64,000 nt of DNA, from the IMG/VR virus record IMGVR_UViG_3300025617_000009, positions 32,001 through 96,000 of that record; one strand, 5' to 3'. Below the pieces are notes generated by a model. The model made no database searches and was not told where the DNA came from. It saw nothing but the letters and a program-made list of their open reading frames with translations. The translations under genes were made by a program, and so were the position numbers. How positions within the stretch are numbered: the first letter of the stretch is position 1; every line of letters begins with the position of its first letter. Shown in pieces: positions 45,701 to 56,500 of this stretch. Source of the DNA: a virus.

Positions 45701-47881
45701 TTCTGGAACAATAACAGGACTTACTTCTTTTGTTTCACCAGTTTTAACAAATACAGTCTTTTGTGCAACAAGTTCTGCAGGAATACTATTTGTATTTCCA
45801 GCAGTAATAGCATCTGTAACAATGCTTAGTAGATTTGTTACAATGCCTAAAGACTCATTATCTGCAGATATCAAACCGTCTATCTGCTGTGTAATAGGTG
45901 AGCCTACACTGTTAAGTGTTTGATAGTTTGCTGCAGGAGCAAGATTGCTCAATACTGCTGTCATTACTTCTAAAGCATAATCTAATGCCGCAACGGTTTC
46001 GTCTTCTTGTCCGCTAATATAACTTAGTCCGCCTGAAGTGAAATATTCAAGTGCGGCTTGTCTTGAACGAACATTACCGCCGTGACTTAAATCCCATGTA
46101 ATAGCATCTACAATAATACCTGTATCTCTACGACATTTTTCTTTGTCATAAGTAAATGCTGAAATAAATGGTGCAATATTATTTGCTATTTGATAATCAA
46201 CCCACTCAACAACTTCTGCTTGAATAAAACTTCTGTTATGCTCAAGCATGATTTTAGCATTATAATGTGCTGCACCTTTTTCTATTTGCTGGCATGCATA
46301 TCTCACAGACTTAAATGGTCTGTCGATTGTAATACCTCTTCCTGGAGTAGGTTCGTCTGCACCTGTAATAGGTTCTACGTAATAGACATGGTTAATGTAG
46401 CCAAAGTTTGACCATATCGGAGCATCTCCTTCTGGATTAACTTGTAGTACTTGTCCAGGAGCACCGACTGGTAATCTAGTAGGTCCTGCACCGCCGTAGT
46501 AAACTAAATCCCCAGCAGTTGTTAAGTTAGCTGATTCTACACCGCCGCTAACAATATTCCAATATGTTCCTGCAATATCTTGATCTGGACGATTATTTCC
46601 TACTAACGGGTTTTCATCCGAAGTGTGTTCAAGTATACAAATATAACTGTTAGAGCCATAACTTACAACATCACCTTTATCGTAGTAAGTTACATCTGTC
46701 CATGCATCTTTCCAATATGCACCTTCGTTTAACTTGTCCCAATAAGTTACATTAGGTGGACGATTTCCTGTGGTATCTGCTGTAGCAATATATGTCCAGC
46801 CACCTAAACGTACAACGTCGCCTGTCTTATATGCAGTGCCGTTATCGTAGTCGCCTTGTAGATTAAATCCGGTTACAAATAAATCCCAGTCACTGGTATT
46901 GTTGTAAGGAATAACATTGATATTGTTTGTAATGGCAATATATGTGTATCCGCCATATGTCACAATGTCGCCTGATTGGTAGCTAGTTGCTGAATTCCAA
47001 GTATCTTCAAACTCGAGCCCAGGTAAGAAAATAGACCAGTTTGATTCATCTTGTCTTAAGTCATCATTAGCACCTGAAGTGTGATGTGTCGTACAAATCC
47101 AAAGTCCGCCGCCATTTTTAACAACATCGTTGACACGATATCTTGTAGATTGTTGCCAATCGTCTCTATACTGAATGCCTTGATGCAAGTAATCCCAGTT
47201 TGACTGATTTGCTTCTAAACCTGCACTTTCAGTTGCAGCTGACGTATGTTCTGTATTACAGATATAAATCTGTCCACCGTATTTAACAACTTCGCTTTGC
47301 TTGTAACGAGTGCTAGTCTGCCAATCACCTTGCCATTCTAAACCTTCGCTGAATACTTCCCATTTGTCTGCATTAGCAAGTATACCACCTGCTACATCTG
47401 CTGCAACATGGCCTTCTAAACAAATATAAGTTTTAGCACCGTACTTAACTACGTCATTTAACTTGTATCTAGTTTCTGCAACCCATGCACCTAAGTAATC
47501 AAAACCTTCGCAGAATAAATCCCACTTTGGATTAGAACTATCAACACCTAGTTCGTTTTCAAGTCCGCCAATAAAATCATTATCTGAAGTATGACCGACA
47601 GAACAAATATATAGCATACCGCCATACTTAACAATATCGTTTAGACCATAAACTGTTTGAGGAGCCCAATCGCCTTTCCATGTCACACCGTCTGACATTT
47701 GTTCCCAGCGAGGTTCGTTGGCGTTTAAGTCATCGTTAAATGTTGCACTAGTTGTGTGGCCTATCAAACATATAAATGTTTTGCCGCCGAATCTTACAAC
47801 ATCATCTTTATAATAAGTACTTGGACCGGTCCATTCACCCTTCCATACAAATCTAATACGCCCTAGTTTAAAGTCAGCCAT
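42782..47881 (-). CDS. Giant virion protein: 8 CBM5/12-like W-x5-Y repeats, beta-helix domain, conserved C-terminus
   Basis: W....T.Y..(N/D)DVV.YGG..YIC repeats; KSPYVQNVTTFG, VANDFTQILSDGIG, ELVSVF, HDFLDIGTG, FYTSTDQDGNFRVG. Confidence 0.8.
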   Translation of the reverse strand: MADFKLGRIRFVWKGEWTGPSTYYKDDVVRFGGKTFICLIGHTTSATFNDDLNANEPRWEQMSDGVTWKGDWAPQTVYGLNDIVKYGGMLYICSVGHTSDNDFIGGLENELGVDSSNPKWDLFCEGFDYLGAWVAETRYKLNDVVKYGAKTYICLEGHVAADVAGGILANADKWEVFSEGLEWQGDWQTSTRYKQSEVVKYGGQIYICNTEHTSAATESAGLEANQSNWDYLHQGIQYRDDWQQSTRYRVNDVVKNGGGLWICTTHHTSGANDDLRQDESNWSIFLPGLEFEDTWNSATSYQSGDIVTYGGYTYIAITNNINVIPYNNTSDWDLFVTGFNLQGDYDNGTAYKTGDVVRLGGWTYIATADTTGNRPPNVTYWDKLNEGAYWKDAWTDVTYYDKGDVVSYGSNSYICILEHTSDENPLVGNNRPDQDIAGTYWNIVSGGVESANLTTAGDLVYYGGAGPTRLPVGAPGQVLQVNPEGDAPIWSNFGYINHVYYVEPITGADEPTPGRGITIDRPFKSVRYACQQIEKGAAHYNAKIMLEHNRSFIQAEVVEWVDYQIANNIAPFISAFTYDKEKCRRDTGIIVDAITWDLSHGGNVRSRQAALEYFTSGGLSYISGQEDETVAALDYALEVMTAVLSNLAPAANYQTLNSVGSPITQQIDGLISADNESLGIVTNLLSIVTDAITAGNTNSIPAELVAQKTVFVKTGETKEVSPVIVPENTAIVGDELRSTRIGLAGSLVDSADTPYSLQAIGRLRDVISDVVTNTPVTATTTGDEPNTETQVTTRPAGGSNAGTEASDLMQEIYDYIDWAVNGVSGDSTEPQLRGVNNPVTSTDYTYAVETLEANKDFLAAEAVAYVHDQNPGIDYSIDACKRDVKEYIDGIKHDLIYTGNYNSITKAKVYANSVVGSRDKDLFYLRNGTGLRNCTLFNATATLSSPNQYGTSRPLGGAYTSLDPGWGPEHAAVWIKNKSPYVQNVTTFGDACVGCKVDGNLHNGGNDSIVANDFTQILSDGIGYWVTNLGRAELVSVFCYYNHIGYLAENGGKIRATNGNNSYGDFGSVAEGIDETETPVLGVVDNRQLEAQISLAFTDGTDEILQLEYLHAGEGYTTATDAIIAMNPPSAVQDNTRTTGTYKNVSGTSGGSGTGQEFTIVVNEVGGVEIFEITKGGSGHAINDVITFDASEIGGTGSGFTASVSNIGDATRFTISGEGFGAIVNAAQVFDGAVKEVRLTNPSDNFGGEGYVTIASNAQAGNATQITLSATDVRPDDAYNGMAIYLTSGRGAGQYGYITDFNSGNKIATISKMSDGTPGWDHVVDGTTIETFLDTTTAYDIAPRVEFSAPLSGLYADTARGRARVSDDQVVEIRITHPGQGYVTPPTVTITDPNELTAVPHEVRLGDGVLGQPTWTNRGSGFVTASATVVGDGFSDIFQNGTRVRVDGLSDVPLPGSNVEFASIPNTWFKLVTVTSLIGNGPYSAILQVSPEISVSDNLPHDDAITIRRRFSQVRLTGHDFLDIGTGNFTSTNYPNDPLTDPDPNNETNDFGGGRVFYTSTDQDGNFRVGGLFNVEQATGIATLNVEAFNISGLNELQLGSVALGGTGAIITEFSTDGTFAADSDSVVPTQKAIKTYITSQIGGGAATLNVNSLTAGVVQITGQQISTVDGSPLNINTSMTFNAPVDGAPIALQMFLLN

Positions 47882-47902
47882 TTAAAAAACTCCATTATAT
47901 AC

Positions 47903-47909
47903 TATTTAT
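47903..47909 (-). promoter_or_regulatory. Late promoter ATAAATA, SD-led
   Basis: ATAAATA-gtatataat-GGAG-ttttttaa-ATG. Confidence 0.65.
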
Positions 47910-47910
47910 T

Positions 47911-50900
47911 CTAATCAAGATATTTGCTATTTCCGTTAAATGTTGGGTCTGATCCTAACACATCATCTAACGGATTAATTGTATTACCTGAGCCACTAAA
48001 ATAAGATTTAAATGCTAGATCTCCTCCAACCGCTCCATTAATTTTAACAGGACTTTGCATTTTAATAGTAATATTAGTAGGAGAAAATATATTATTACCT
48101 GTAATCGAGATTTCACCTGCATTTAGTCTGTTAACTCTAGGATCAGAGCCGCCGCTTGCAAGTCTGCTATCGATATATCCTGCAATTGCTTTTTGTGTTG
48201 GTACAATATTGTTTGAGTTAGCAGCAAATGTAGGGTCTGTACTAAACTCTCTGACAACTGCGCCTGTACCTCCTAGTACAACTCCGCCTAGTCTAAGTTC
48301 ATCGAGACCTCCTAAATCAAAAAATGCTGCGTTAATGCTAATAGTACCAGTAGCCTGTTCTACTTCGAAAAGTTCGCCAACTCGGAAGTTACCGTCTTGG
48401 TCTGTTGAAGTATAAAATACTCGTCCTCCATTATATAACACAGTTTCATTAAATGGTTGCGGCTCATTTACAGACTCGTATCCAAATACATATAATCCAG
48501 GATAGCTAGTATCTTCAAAATTACCTGTTCCGATATCTAGGAAATCGTGACCTGTCAAACGTATTTGACTATATAGTTCTCTAATAGTTAATCCAGTTTC
48601 ATGTGTAGGCGATTCATTTTTACCTAGAGCTGGATTTATTTGTAATGTTAGAGTATAATCGCCTTCTGATCCCGTGACAGAATCTACTTTTGTTACAAAG
48701 TAAATTACATCATCAATTCCGTTGATTCGTATATTTGCTCCAGGTCCTGGAATATTTGTAGAATTTTTTATTTTTAAAGTAGATCCTATTTGAAACTGCT
48801 CTGCAAATCCGTCACCAGAAATACTTCCTGAAGCTCTTAAATATCCTGTTCCAGGATTTATAATTTTAGGTTGAGGCAATACATTATTGTTAACATACAC
48901 TCTATAAGTTATATCTGACGTATTTTGATTATCGTATACTGTTACAGCAGGCTCTCCTATATAGTTACTACCGGGATCGTGTATAAGAATTTTACCAATT
49001 CTTCCGCCGCCAACATTTGCTCTAGCTTTAGCTGTAGCACCTGTTTCTATAATTAAACTGTTATCGGTTCCTGATACTACCCAGGTTGAGTTATTTAGCG
49101 CCGCAACACTTGTCCATGCACCTATACCTGTATGTAGTTTTTCTCTCCAAGAATATCCATCTTCTGAAAGTAGTATTCTATCAGTGCCTGGATCTGCCAT
49201 TACATATAAACCTTGTTGATAAGCTATTCTTGTATATTGTCCGGTTGGTATTTCTGTTGTTGACCACGTTAATCCGTCATACGATATTGCAACAGCACAC
49301 GGCGTACTGTCAGCACTGCTTTCTATAGCAATAAATTTATCATATGCAAATATAATATGTTTCCAACGTGCTGTAACACCTGTATCCACGCTCTGGAATG
49401 TAGCTCCGTCATCTGTACTAACAGCAAAAGTTGAAATGCCTGCAGCTGTACTGTCGTCTGCAAACTCTGCAATAGCAACCCATGTATCGTTACCGTATGC
49501 AATACTTGACCAGTTTGCAACAAACGGCATAGTAAAATCTATCCAGTTACTAGCACTTCCAATACTTTTTTGTACAGTATTAGTAGAATCACCGTTGATC
49601 TGTTCACCTACTGCGAACCAGTTACCGTTTCCAAATGCTGCACTTTTGTATGAATATTCTGCAATAGTAGCAGTGTTCCAACTACCAATATTACCATAGA
49701 CCATATCAGTTCCGTTTGCTGGTAATATCACATATTCGCCATTTCCGTATGCAATAGTTCCCCAGTCGGAATTTACACTTAAAGTATCATTATTCCAATT
49801 ATTTCCATTTTGACTAGTGTAGACTTGATTTCCTGTTCCAGGAATTGCAACTATATCAGACAAACTACTAGCAATGTCTATTGAAGAATTTAAGTTAGTA
49901 ATATTCATACTAAATGGAGGGGGATCTATTACAACTCTAGGTTCAATTAAATATTTTGTAGTGTCGTCAAGTAATGTTGCAATCGGTCGGCCAGATATAT
50001 GATCCCAACCTGGCTCACCATTACTTTCTTTTTCTACTTGTAAGATTCTGTTTAAAGGATTATAACTTGCTATTTTGGCATATTGTCCGAATCCTTTACC
50101 TTCTTGAATAAAAATACGCTGTCCGTTATACAGTTCATTTGTGCCTTCATCTGCACCAGATAATGTTATTTGTGTTTCGTTGCCTGCTTGTGCAGTACCA
50201 TTAATAGTAGTGTAGTTGTTGCCCCCAATTTGGAAACTATCTTCTTCTGTAATATAAACTTCACTTACGCCTGCGTTTCTAAATTCTGAGTATTCAGCTT
50301 CAAAATTAGTACTAGTTCCTGTTACCGTTAAAGTGGCATTTGTATAATCTTGACCGCAATGCTCGTAGGAAACTCCAAAGATTCCGCTACCATTTGAATA
50401 TAAAGAATTTAATTGTGCTTGTTGTGCCCTATTGTCTATTAATGCTGTTTTAGGAGTTTCAGTTAAATCAAATCCTTCAGCAACACATCCGTACTTACCA
50501 TATGAATTATTACCGTTTGTTGCACGAACTTTTCCACCGTTAGTTGCAAGATAACCAATATGGCAATAATATGTAAACACAGATACTAGCTCTGATTTAC
50601 CTTCACCGTTAACCCAATAACCAATTCCATCACTTAAAATTTGTGTAAAGTCGTTAGCTACAATAGATTTATTACCGCCTTCGTGTAAATCTCCATCTAC
50701 TTTCATTCCGATACAACCTGTACCAAATGTAGTTACATTTTGTATATACGGGCTTTTCGAACTAATCCATACATCTTCGTCATCAACTCCAGTTCCTGGA
50801 TCTAATGAAACATAAGCTCCTGCTGTCGGACGCTGTGTATTATTATCGTTTGGTATATCTAATGTTCCTGTTAATCCTTGTAAAGTACAATTTCTTATTC

Positions 50901-52737
50901 CTGTGGCATTTCTTACATAAAACATATTTTGTGTTTCATATCCCGGGGCAGGTGTTATAACTGTACTACGGAGTTCGTCTCCTGTTATTGCACAGTTTGC
51001 AGGAACAATAATAGGCAGTTGTTCTTGATATACTCCTGTTCTAACAATAATAGTTGCAGGAGCCCTGTTTATTTCGTCTGCTAAAATGTATTCTGAAGCA
51101 TATTTGATTGTTCTAAACGGCGATGCAGGAGATGTACCTTTATCTATTTCGTCTACACCGTCTAAACTAACCCAATATACTTTTTCAGTTTGGTCAAGTG
51201 ATTCCCACGACAAGGTATAATCGTCTTGAACTTTTAATACTTGTCCTGCTTCTCCTACAGGTAATCTAGTTTCTCCAACAGTACTTCCGTCGTCAGTAAC
51301 GTCATATACTTTTAAGTCGCCTTTATATCTGAGAACATTAGCATCATCGCCGCTGATATATACTTTCCAATAGTTGTTAGCACCTGTAGTTTCTCTAGTG
51401 TCTAACTTAGGTCTTCCTTCAAAAACATTTGCAAAGTGCTGTTGTATACAGATAAACGTTGTACTTTCGTCAGCAACAACATCTCCTGGAAAGTATTCAT
51501 AAGGAGTAGAATCATCTAACATTTCCTTCCATTCTGCTCTGTAGAATATACCAGTTACTAATAACTCCCAATAAGGTTGACCATTTAATGTTCCTGGAGG
51601 AGCATTTTGTATACTACTAACAGTATCTGTTGCAAGATACAAATATCCGTTAACTCTTACTACATCCCCAGTTCGATAATCAGCAGACGAATCAAACTCC
51701 CCTGTAAGATTATACCCTGTAGTTAACAGCGTCCACTGATTCGGATTATTAACTGGTTGAAAATTTTGATTAAAGTCTATACAAACATAAGAATACCCGC
51801 CGTACTTAACAATATCGCCAGGCTGATAAGTAGAAAATTCATTCCATACATCTTCAAAGTCTAATCCTGGAAGATATATTTCCCAAGGATCGTCATCGAA
51901 TGTAGTAGGACTAACATGTCCGTATCTTGCTTTATATAAGGAAGGACCGATTTGTACAACGTCGTTCATTCTATATTTTATATCAGATGTCCATTCTTGT
52001 CTATAACGAATACCTTCTACCACAAGCTCCCATTTTTGAGTTACTTGTCCTGATCCTAGATCGTCTTCTAAACCTTCTTCGTCATTGTCTAATGAAGTAT
52101 GGCCTTCAATACAACGATAAACATTACCGCCATATTTAATAACATCGTTAACTTTATATCTAGTATCGACCGTCCAGTCTCCTAACCATGCATCGGTATC
52201 GAATAAGACTTGCCACTTTTCTTGGTCAAATTCTAATCCGTTAACAACTGTACTGCTTACATGATAATCTATACAAGTATATAAGACACCGTTATATTTT
52301 ATAATATCATTTATTTTATATTCAGTGTCAGGACTCCAACTGCTCAGCCAGTTTGAACCTCTAGCAACAATTTTCCATTTTTCAATATCTGCTTCTAGAC
52401 CTTCTTCGGTAGTTTCAGCAGAAACATGTGGTGCAATACATTGATAAAGTATTCCTCGATATTTGACAATGTCGTTTGCTCTATATTCAAGTTGAGGAAC
52501 CCATTCTCCTGCCCAGCTAACACCATCTGTCATTAAAACCCAGCGAGGGTCTACATCGCCAAAATCGTTTACATATCCAATATCTTGATAAAAACTAATA
52601 GCACTAGATACGTGAGTTTCCATGGCAACATATGTGTTACCACCAAACTTTACAATATCATCTTTTACATACGGAGTTGAAATACTCCATATACCCTTCC
52701 AGTTATATCTAATTCTATCAATTTTAAACTGTGCCAT
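47911..52737 (-). CDS. Giant virion protein, paralog of 42782..47881, with inserted BNR-like beta-propeller
   Basis: Same architecture plus W..IAYGNG / S.DG..W propeller repeats. Confidence 0.8.
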   Translation of the reverse strand: MAQFKIDRIRYNWKGIWSISTPYVKDDIVKFGGNTYVAMETHVSSAISFYQDIGYVNDFGDVDPRWVLMTDGVSWAGEWVPQLEYRANDIVKYRGILYQCIAPHVSAETTEEGLEADIEKWKIVARGSNWLSSWSPDTEYKINDIIKYNGVLYTCIDYHVSSTVVNGLEFDQEKWQVLFDTDAWLGDWTVDTRYKVNDVIKYGGNVYRCIEGHTSLDNDEEGLEDDLGSGQVTQKWELVVEGIRYRQEWTSDIKYRMNDVVQIGPSLYKARYGHVSPTTFDDDPWEIYLPGLDFEDVWNEFSTYQPGDIVKYGGYSYVCIDFNQNFQPVNNPNQWTLLTTGYNLTGEFDSSADYRTGDVVRVNGYLYLATDTVSSIQNAPPGTLNGQPYWELLVTGIFYRAEWKEMLDDSTPYEYFPGDVVADESTTFICIQQHFANVFEGRPKLDTRETTGANNYWKVYISGDDANVLRYKGDLKVYDVTDDGSTVGETRLPVGEAGQVLKVQDDYTLSWESLDQTEKVYWVSLDGVDEIDKGTSPASPFRTIKYASEYILADEINRAPATIIVRTGVYQEQLPIIVPANCAITGDELRSTVITPAPGYETQNMFYVRNATGIRNCTLQGLTGTLDIPNDNNTQRPTAGAYVSLDPGTGVDDEDVWISSKSPYIQNVTTFGTGCIGMKVDGDLHEGGNKSIVANDFTQILSDGIGYWVNGEGKSELVSVFTYYCHIGYLATNGGKVRATNGNNSYGKYGCVAEGFDLTETPKTALIDNRAQQAQLNSLYSNGSGIFGVSYEHCGQDYTNATLTVTGTSTNFEAEYSEFRNAGVSEVYITEEDSFQIGGNNYTTINGTAQAGNETQITLSGADEGTNELYNGQRIFIQEGKGFGQYAKIASYNPLNRILQVEKESNGEPGWDHISGRPIATLLDDTTKYLIEPRVVIDPPPFSMNITNLNSSIDIASSLSDIVAIPGTGNQVYTSQNGNNWNNDTLSVNSDWGTIAYGNGEYVILPANGTDMVYGNIGSWNTATIAEYSYKSAAFGNGNWFAVGEQINGDSTNTVQKSIGSASNWIDFTMPFVANWSSIAYGNDTWVAIAEFADDSTAAGISTFAVSTDDGATFQSVDTGVTARWKHIIFAYDKFIAIESSADSTPCAVAISYDGLTWSTTEIPTGQYTRIAYQQGLYVMADPGTDRILLSEDGYSWREKLHTGIGAWTSVAALNNSTWVVSGTDNSLIIETGATAKARANVGGGRIGKILIHDPGSNYIGEPAVTVYDNQNTSDITYRVYVNNNVLPQPKIINPGTGYLRASGSISGDGFAEQFQIGSTLKIKNSTNIPGPGANIRINGIDDVIYFVTKVDSVTGSEGDYTLTLQINPALGKNESPTHETGLTIRELYSQIRLTGHDFLDIGTGNFEDTSYPGLYVFGYESVNEPQPFNETVLYNGGRVFYTSTDQDGNFRVGELFEVEQATGTISINAAFFDLGGLDELRLGGVVLGGTGAVVREFSTDPTFAANSNNIVPTQKAIAGYIDSRLASGGSDPRVNRLNAGEISITGNNIFSPTNITIKMQSPVKINGAVGGDLAFKSYFSGSGNTINPLDDVLGSDPTFNGNSKYLD

Positions 52738-52748
52738 TGTTTTTCCTG

Positions 52749-53159
52749 TTAGTATAATCTGTTATCTTCTGTTGTAGAAGTAGCTTTTTTACGTCTTTCG
52801 TCTGTGCTAGTTAGTTCTTCGTGCGTGTAAGGACGATGTCTACGCATAACTAGTTCACCTTCGTCGTTGATATAATATATTGCACGAACATTATCCCATC
52901 TGTACTGCTCGTGCTCTAAGTTTTTATAACTTAGATCATGATTCTTGTTTCTTCCTTCGAAGTAGTCAATGCCCTCTTCGAACCCTGGATAATTATTTAA
53001 AGGATCACCAGGAGCATTAATAGTTAGTTCTTCATTTGGATCTGTTTGATCTACTACTGTGAGGAATAGCTCGCCATCATCATTTCTAAATACTCCATAG
53101 AAATAACGATTGTCTAAACCGTCGTATAATGTATGTTCGTTACCGATAATATTAGCCAT
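52749..53159 (-). CDS. Hypothetical protein in structural operon
   Basis: 136 aa; internal repeat R.DDGEL / INDEGEL; AGGA SD. Confidence 0.65.
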   Translation of the reverse strand: MANIIGNEHTLYDGLDNRYFYGVFRNDDGELFLTVVDQTDPNEELTINAPGDPLNNYPGFEEGIDYFEGRNKNHDLSYKNLEHEQYRWDNVRAIYYINDEGELVMRRHRPYTHEELTSTDERRKKATSTTEDNRLY

Positions 53160-53169
53160 TGTCTATTCC

Positions 53170-53499
53170 TTATACAATCTCTACAAAACTTACTGTGCAA
53201 TCAACACTGTCGTCCATGTCTGTTACAACTTTAAGAGCATTATCTGCTGGTAGGATAAGTTTTTCTCCTGGCATTAATGCTCGCAAACTAGAGTTAGGAG
53301 TTATTTCAGTGTCCTTAATAAAATAACCTTCAATACTAGTATCGTCTTTTAAAAGTAAACTTGCTCTTACAGGATAAGGTGTAAGATTTGTAAGTGCAAT
53401 ACCTACAATAGTCACACTGCTTCCAGGTGTAACTGAAAATATTTCTATAGGTTGAGTTCCTACATTTTTAATAATTTTATTTCTAAAAAAGGTTGCCAT
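53170..53499 (-). CDS. Small beta-rich virion adaptor-like protein
   Basis: 109 aa, MAT.F.NK...VGT, GEKLIL, SFVEI. Confidence 0.65.
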   Translation of the reverse strand: MATFFRNKIIKNVGTQPIEIFSVTPGSSVTIVGIALTNLTPYPVRASLLLKDDTSIEGYFIKDTEITPNSSLRALMPGEKLILPADNALKVVTDMDDSVDCTVSFVEIV

Positions 53500-53502
53500 A
53501 TC

Positions 53503-56500
53503 TTATCCTAGTGCTAACACAATTCCTATTGCTAATTCTTCTGCATCATTTTGGTCTAATCCTGATGCTGCGCCTGCTACACTAACAAATGATACTCCGT
53601 CAAATACTTCTACACGCTCATCGTCTGTGTTGTAGCGCATCATACCAGTTTCTGCTTCGTTAGCAGGTGGTTTATTTAAGTTACTACCAACAGGAATAAC
53701 AAAACCATTACTACCGTTTATTCTATAATAGCCGCCATTCGGTGCATCAAAAGTTGTAATACTATCTGTTACTACATTACTTATCCGATTATTTTCAATG
53801 GCAAAATGTCCGATGCGAACTACACCGGTTCCGTTTGCTGATAATACTAAATCTGAATTTGTTGTGATAGTTTCTATTACATTTGTATCGATGCTAATAT
53901 CATCTATTTCAACTCTGCTTGTATTAAATCTATTAGCATTGATATCTGCAACTAGATTACCATTTGCATACATTCTAATAGTATCGTCATTTGCGCCAGG
54001 TGTTAGTTCAGCTGTAATTCTTGTGTCGCCGTCTAAATCAATAACACCTTTACCTAGATCGAGCCAGTTAACACCGTCATAACCTTCAAATCTGTCTAAT
54101 TCTGAGTTATAACGCAGCATGCCATTAGCAGCTGTTGGACGTTCTGCTGTTGTACCTGACGGTAACACTACAGCGTCGGTGCTGTTGAATACAGTTAATC
54201 CACTGCCTGGTGTAATAGTAAAGTCGCCAACTGTGGTAATTTCATTTTGGTTAAATGTAAACTCGTCTACAACGATGCCGCCTGTGCCACTGGCACGTAA
54301 CTCTAGATTTGAATTACTCTGTGTAGTTGTTATAAAATTATCATCTATTAAAATATCGCCGGTACTAAATGAATTAGCAGTAATGCCAGTCACACTTAAA
54401 GCTTCAGCAGTAACAGTACCTTGCACAGTTACGTCATTAGAAACAATTAAATCATTGTCAGGTATAACAACTCTACCTGTGCCTGCGGCACGTAATTCTA
54501 AGTCTGCATTTGTAGATGTTGTTGTAATAAAGTTATCATTGACTAAGATTTCTTCAAACTGTAAACTACTGTCAACAGTTAAAATACCAGTAACACTTGC
54601 ATCACCTGTTAGAGTATAAGTACCAGTTTGATTAGTGTCGCCAACGTGTGTTATTGTGCCGGTTACATCTGTATTTGCTAGAGTAGTTAAACCGTTTACT
54701 GTTAGAGATGTTGATACAGTAACATCGTTACTCGGTATAAGGACAACACCATTATTATTTGCGCTAAGTTCTAGATTTGAGTTACTCTGTGTTGTTGTAA
54801 TAAAGTTATCATCTACTAAAATATCACCTGTAGTAAATGAGTTACTAGTTATATCACCTGTGCTTGTAATATCAGCAGTGTTAGTTGTGCCGTTAACTGT
54901 TAGGTTATTTGTTATTGTTACATCGTTACTCGGTATTAAAATCTGCCCTGTTCCGCTAGCACGTAATTCTAAATCTGCATTAGATGTAGTTGTTGTAATA
55001 AAGTTATCGTCGATTAGTATTTCTTCAAACTGTGCAGAACCAGTAACATCTAAATCACCTGTAACTGTAACATTGCCTGTTACAGTTGTATCACCTGTTT
55101 GATTATAATCACCTGTATGTGTTACAGTTCCTGTGATAGTTGTGTTAGACAGTGTAGTTGAACCACTAACAGTTAAATCGTTGTCTATTTGTAAATCGTT
55201 GTCAGGTAGATATATCCTACCTGTACCGCTGGCACGTAGTTCTAAATCACTGTTTGATGTAACTGTAGTAATAACATTTGTAAAGATATCTATATCGTCA
55301 ATGTGTAAGTTATTAGCATACAAGTTTAACCATTGCTCTGTTGGTGTTCCCAGGTCTGGTTCTCCTGCAGGCACAAGATTACTGATAATGCTTGCATTAA
55401 TAAACAAGTCGTCAGTTGCTTCGTCACCTATAACAATATTACCGTTAAGATTAATATTACCAGTAACATCTAAGTTACCCGTGATGTTTAAATTGTCATT
55501 GATATTAACTACATCACTAGCTGCATCTAAGTTAATATCTCCTGACACTGTACTAATAGTATTTCCGGAAATGTTAAAGTTGCCTACATCAATGTCTGTA
55601 GCAGTGATACTTGTGGTGTTGCCATTATTAGTAACAATCAAACCATTGATTGCTTCTACACTTACATCTGCATTTGCAAATGTAACTGTACCAGTTTCTT
55701 GGCTTACAAAAAATTGATCACCTACTCTAAAATCGCCTTTATGATCCACAGAGTTGTAACGAATAATAGCGTTATTAAGATCTACAACTTCATTGGCTTG
55801 GTTAACTGTAGTTGGATCATTTGTAACTTCCTTGCCATTACCAATATATGCTAGATTATGTCCAACAGCATACATAAGAACACCAGGACCGTCGCCATAT
55901 AATCCATAGTTACCGTAAACACTTGCACTTGCAATAAGTCTTATTTCTGCACCAAAATCTCTTAAATCGTAATGTAATATTTCTGTTGCTGTTGCAGTGC
56001 CGTCTGTAATACTTTGTGGCGTTGTATCAAAACCTACTAAGCTGTCAAAGTATCCGTCAATGGTGATAACATCGCCATTTACACTTTCTATAGTTGCTGT
56101 ATATTCTGTAGAACTGTCAGTTGACGTAAATGTAATAGTGTTACCAGGTGTAAAAGGTCCGCTAGTTCCGCCTAGTTTAATTCTAGTCTTGCCGTCATTA
56201 TATTTTCCAGCAACACCGTCAACTGCATAAATGCCACGATTTGCAAAATACGAGAAAGAGTTTAACCATTCTATTCTAACACCGTTTGTAGCAGTTAATG
56301 CATCAACACCAGGAGTGATAAACGTTACTGAATGGAAAAGCATTGATGCTTCTTTGCTGGCACTGCCTACTACACTACCGTCTACGAGTGCACCTTTACC
56401 TGCATCACCTTGATTAAATCCTCTTGGATCACTTGCGTTTGTAACTGAACCTTGTGTGATTACTGAAATATTTCTAATGTATGGTGAACGACTTGATACA

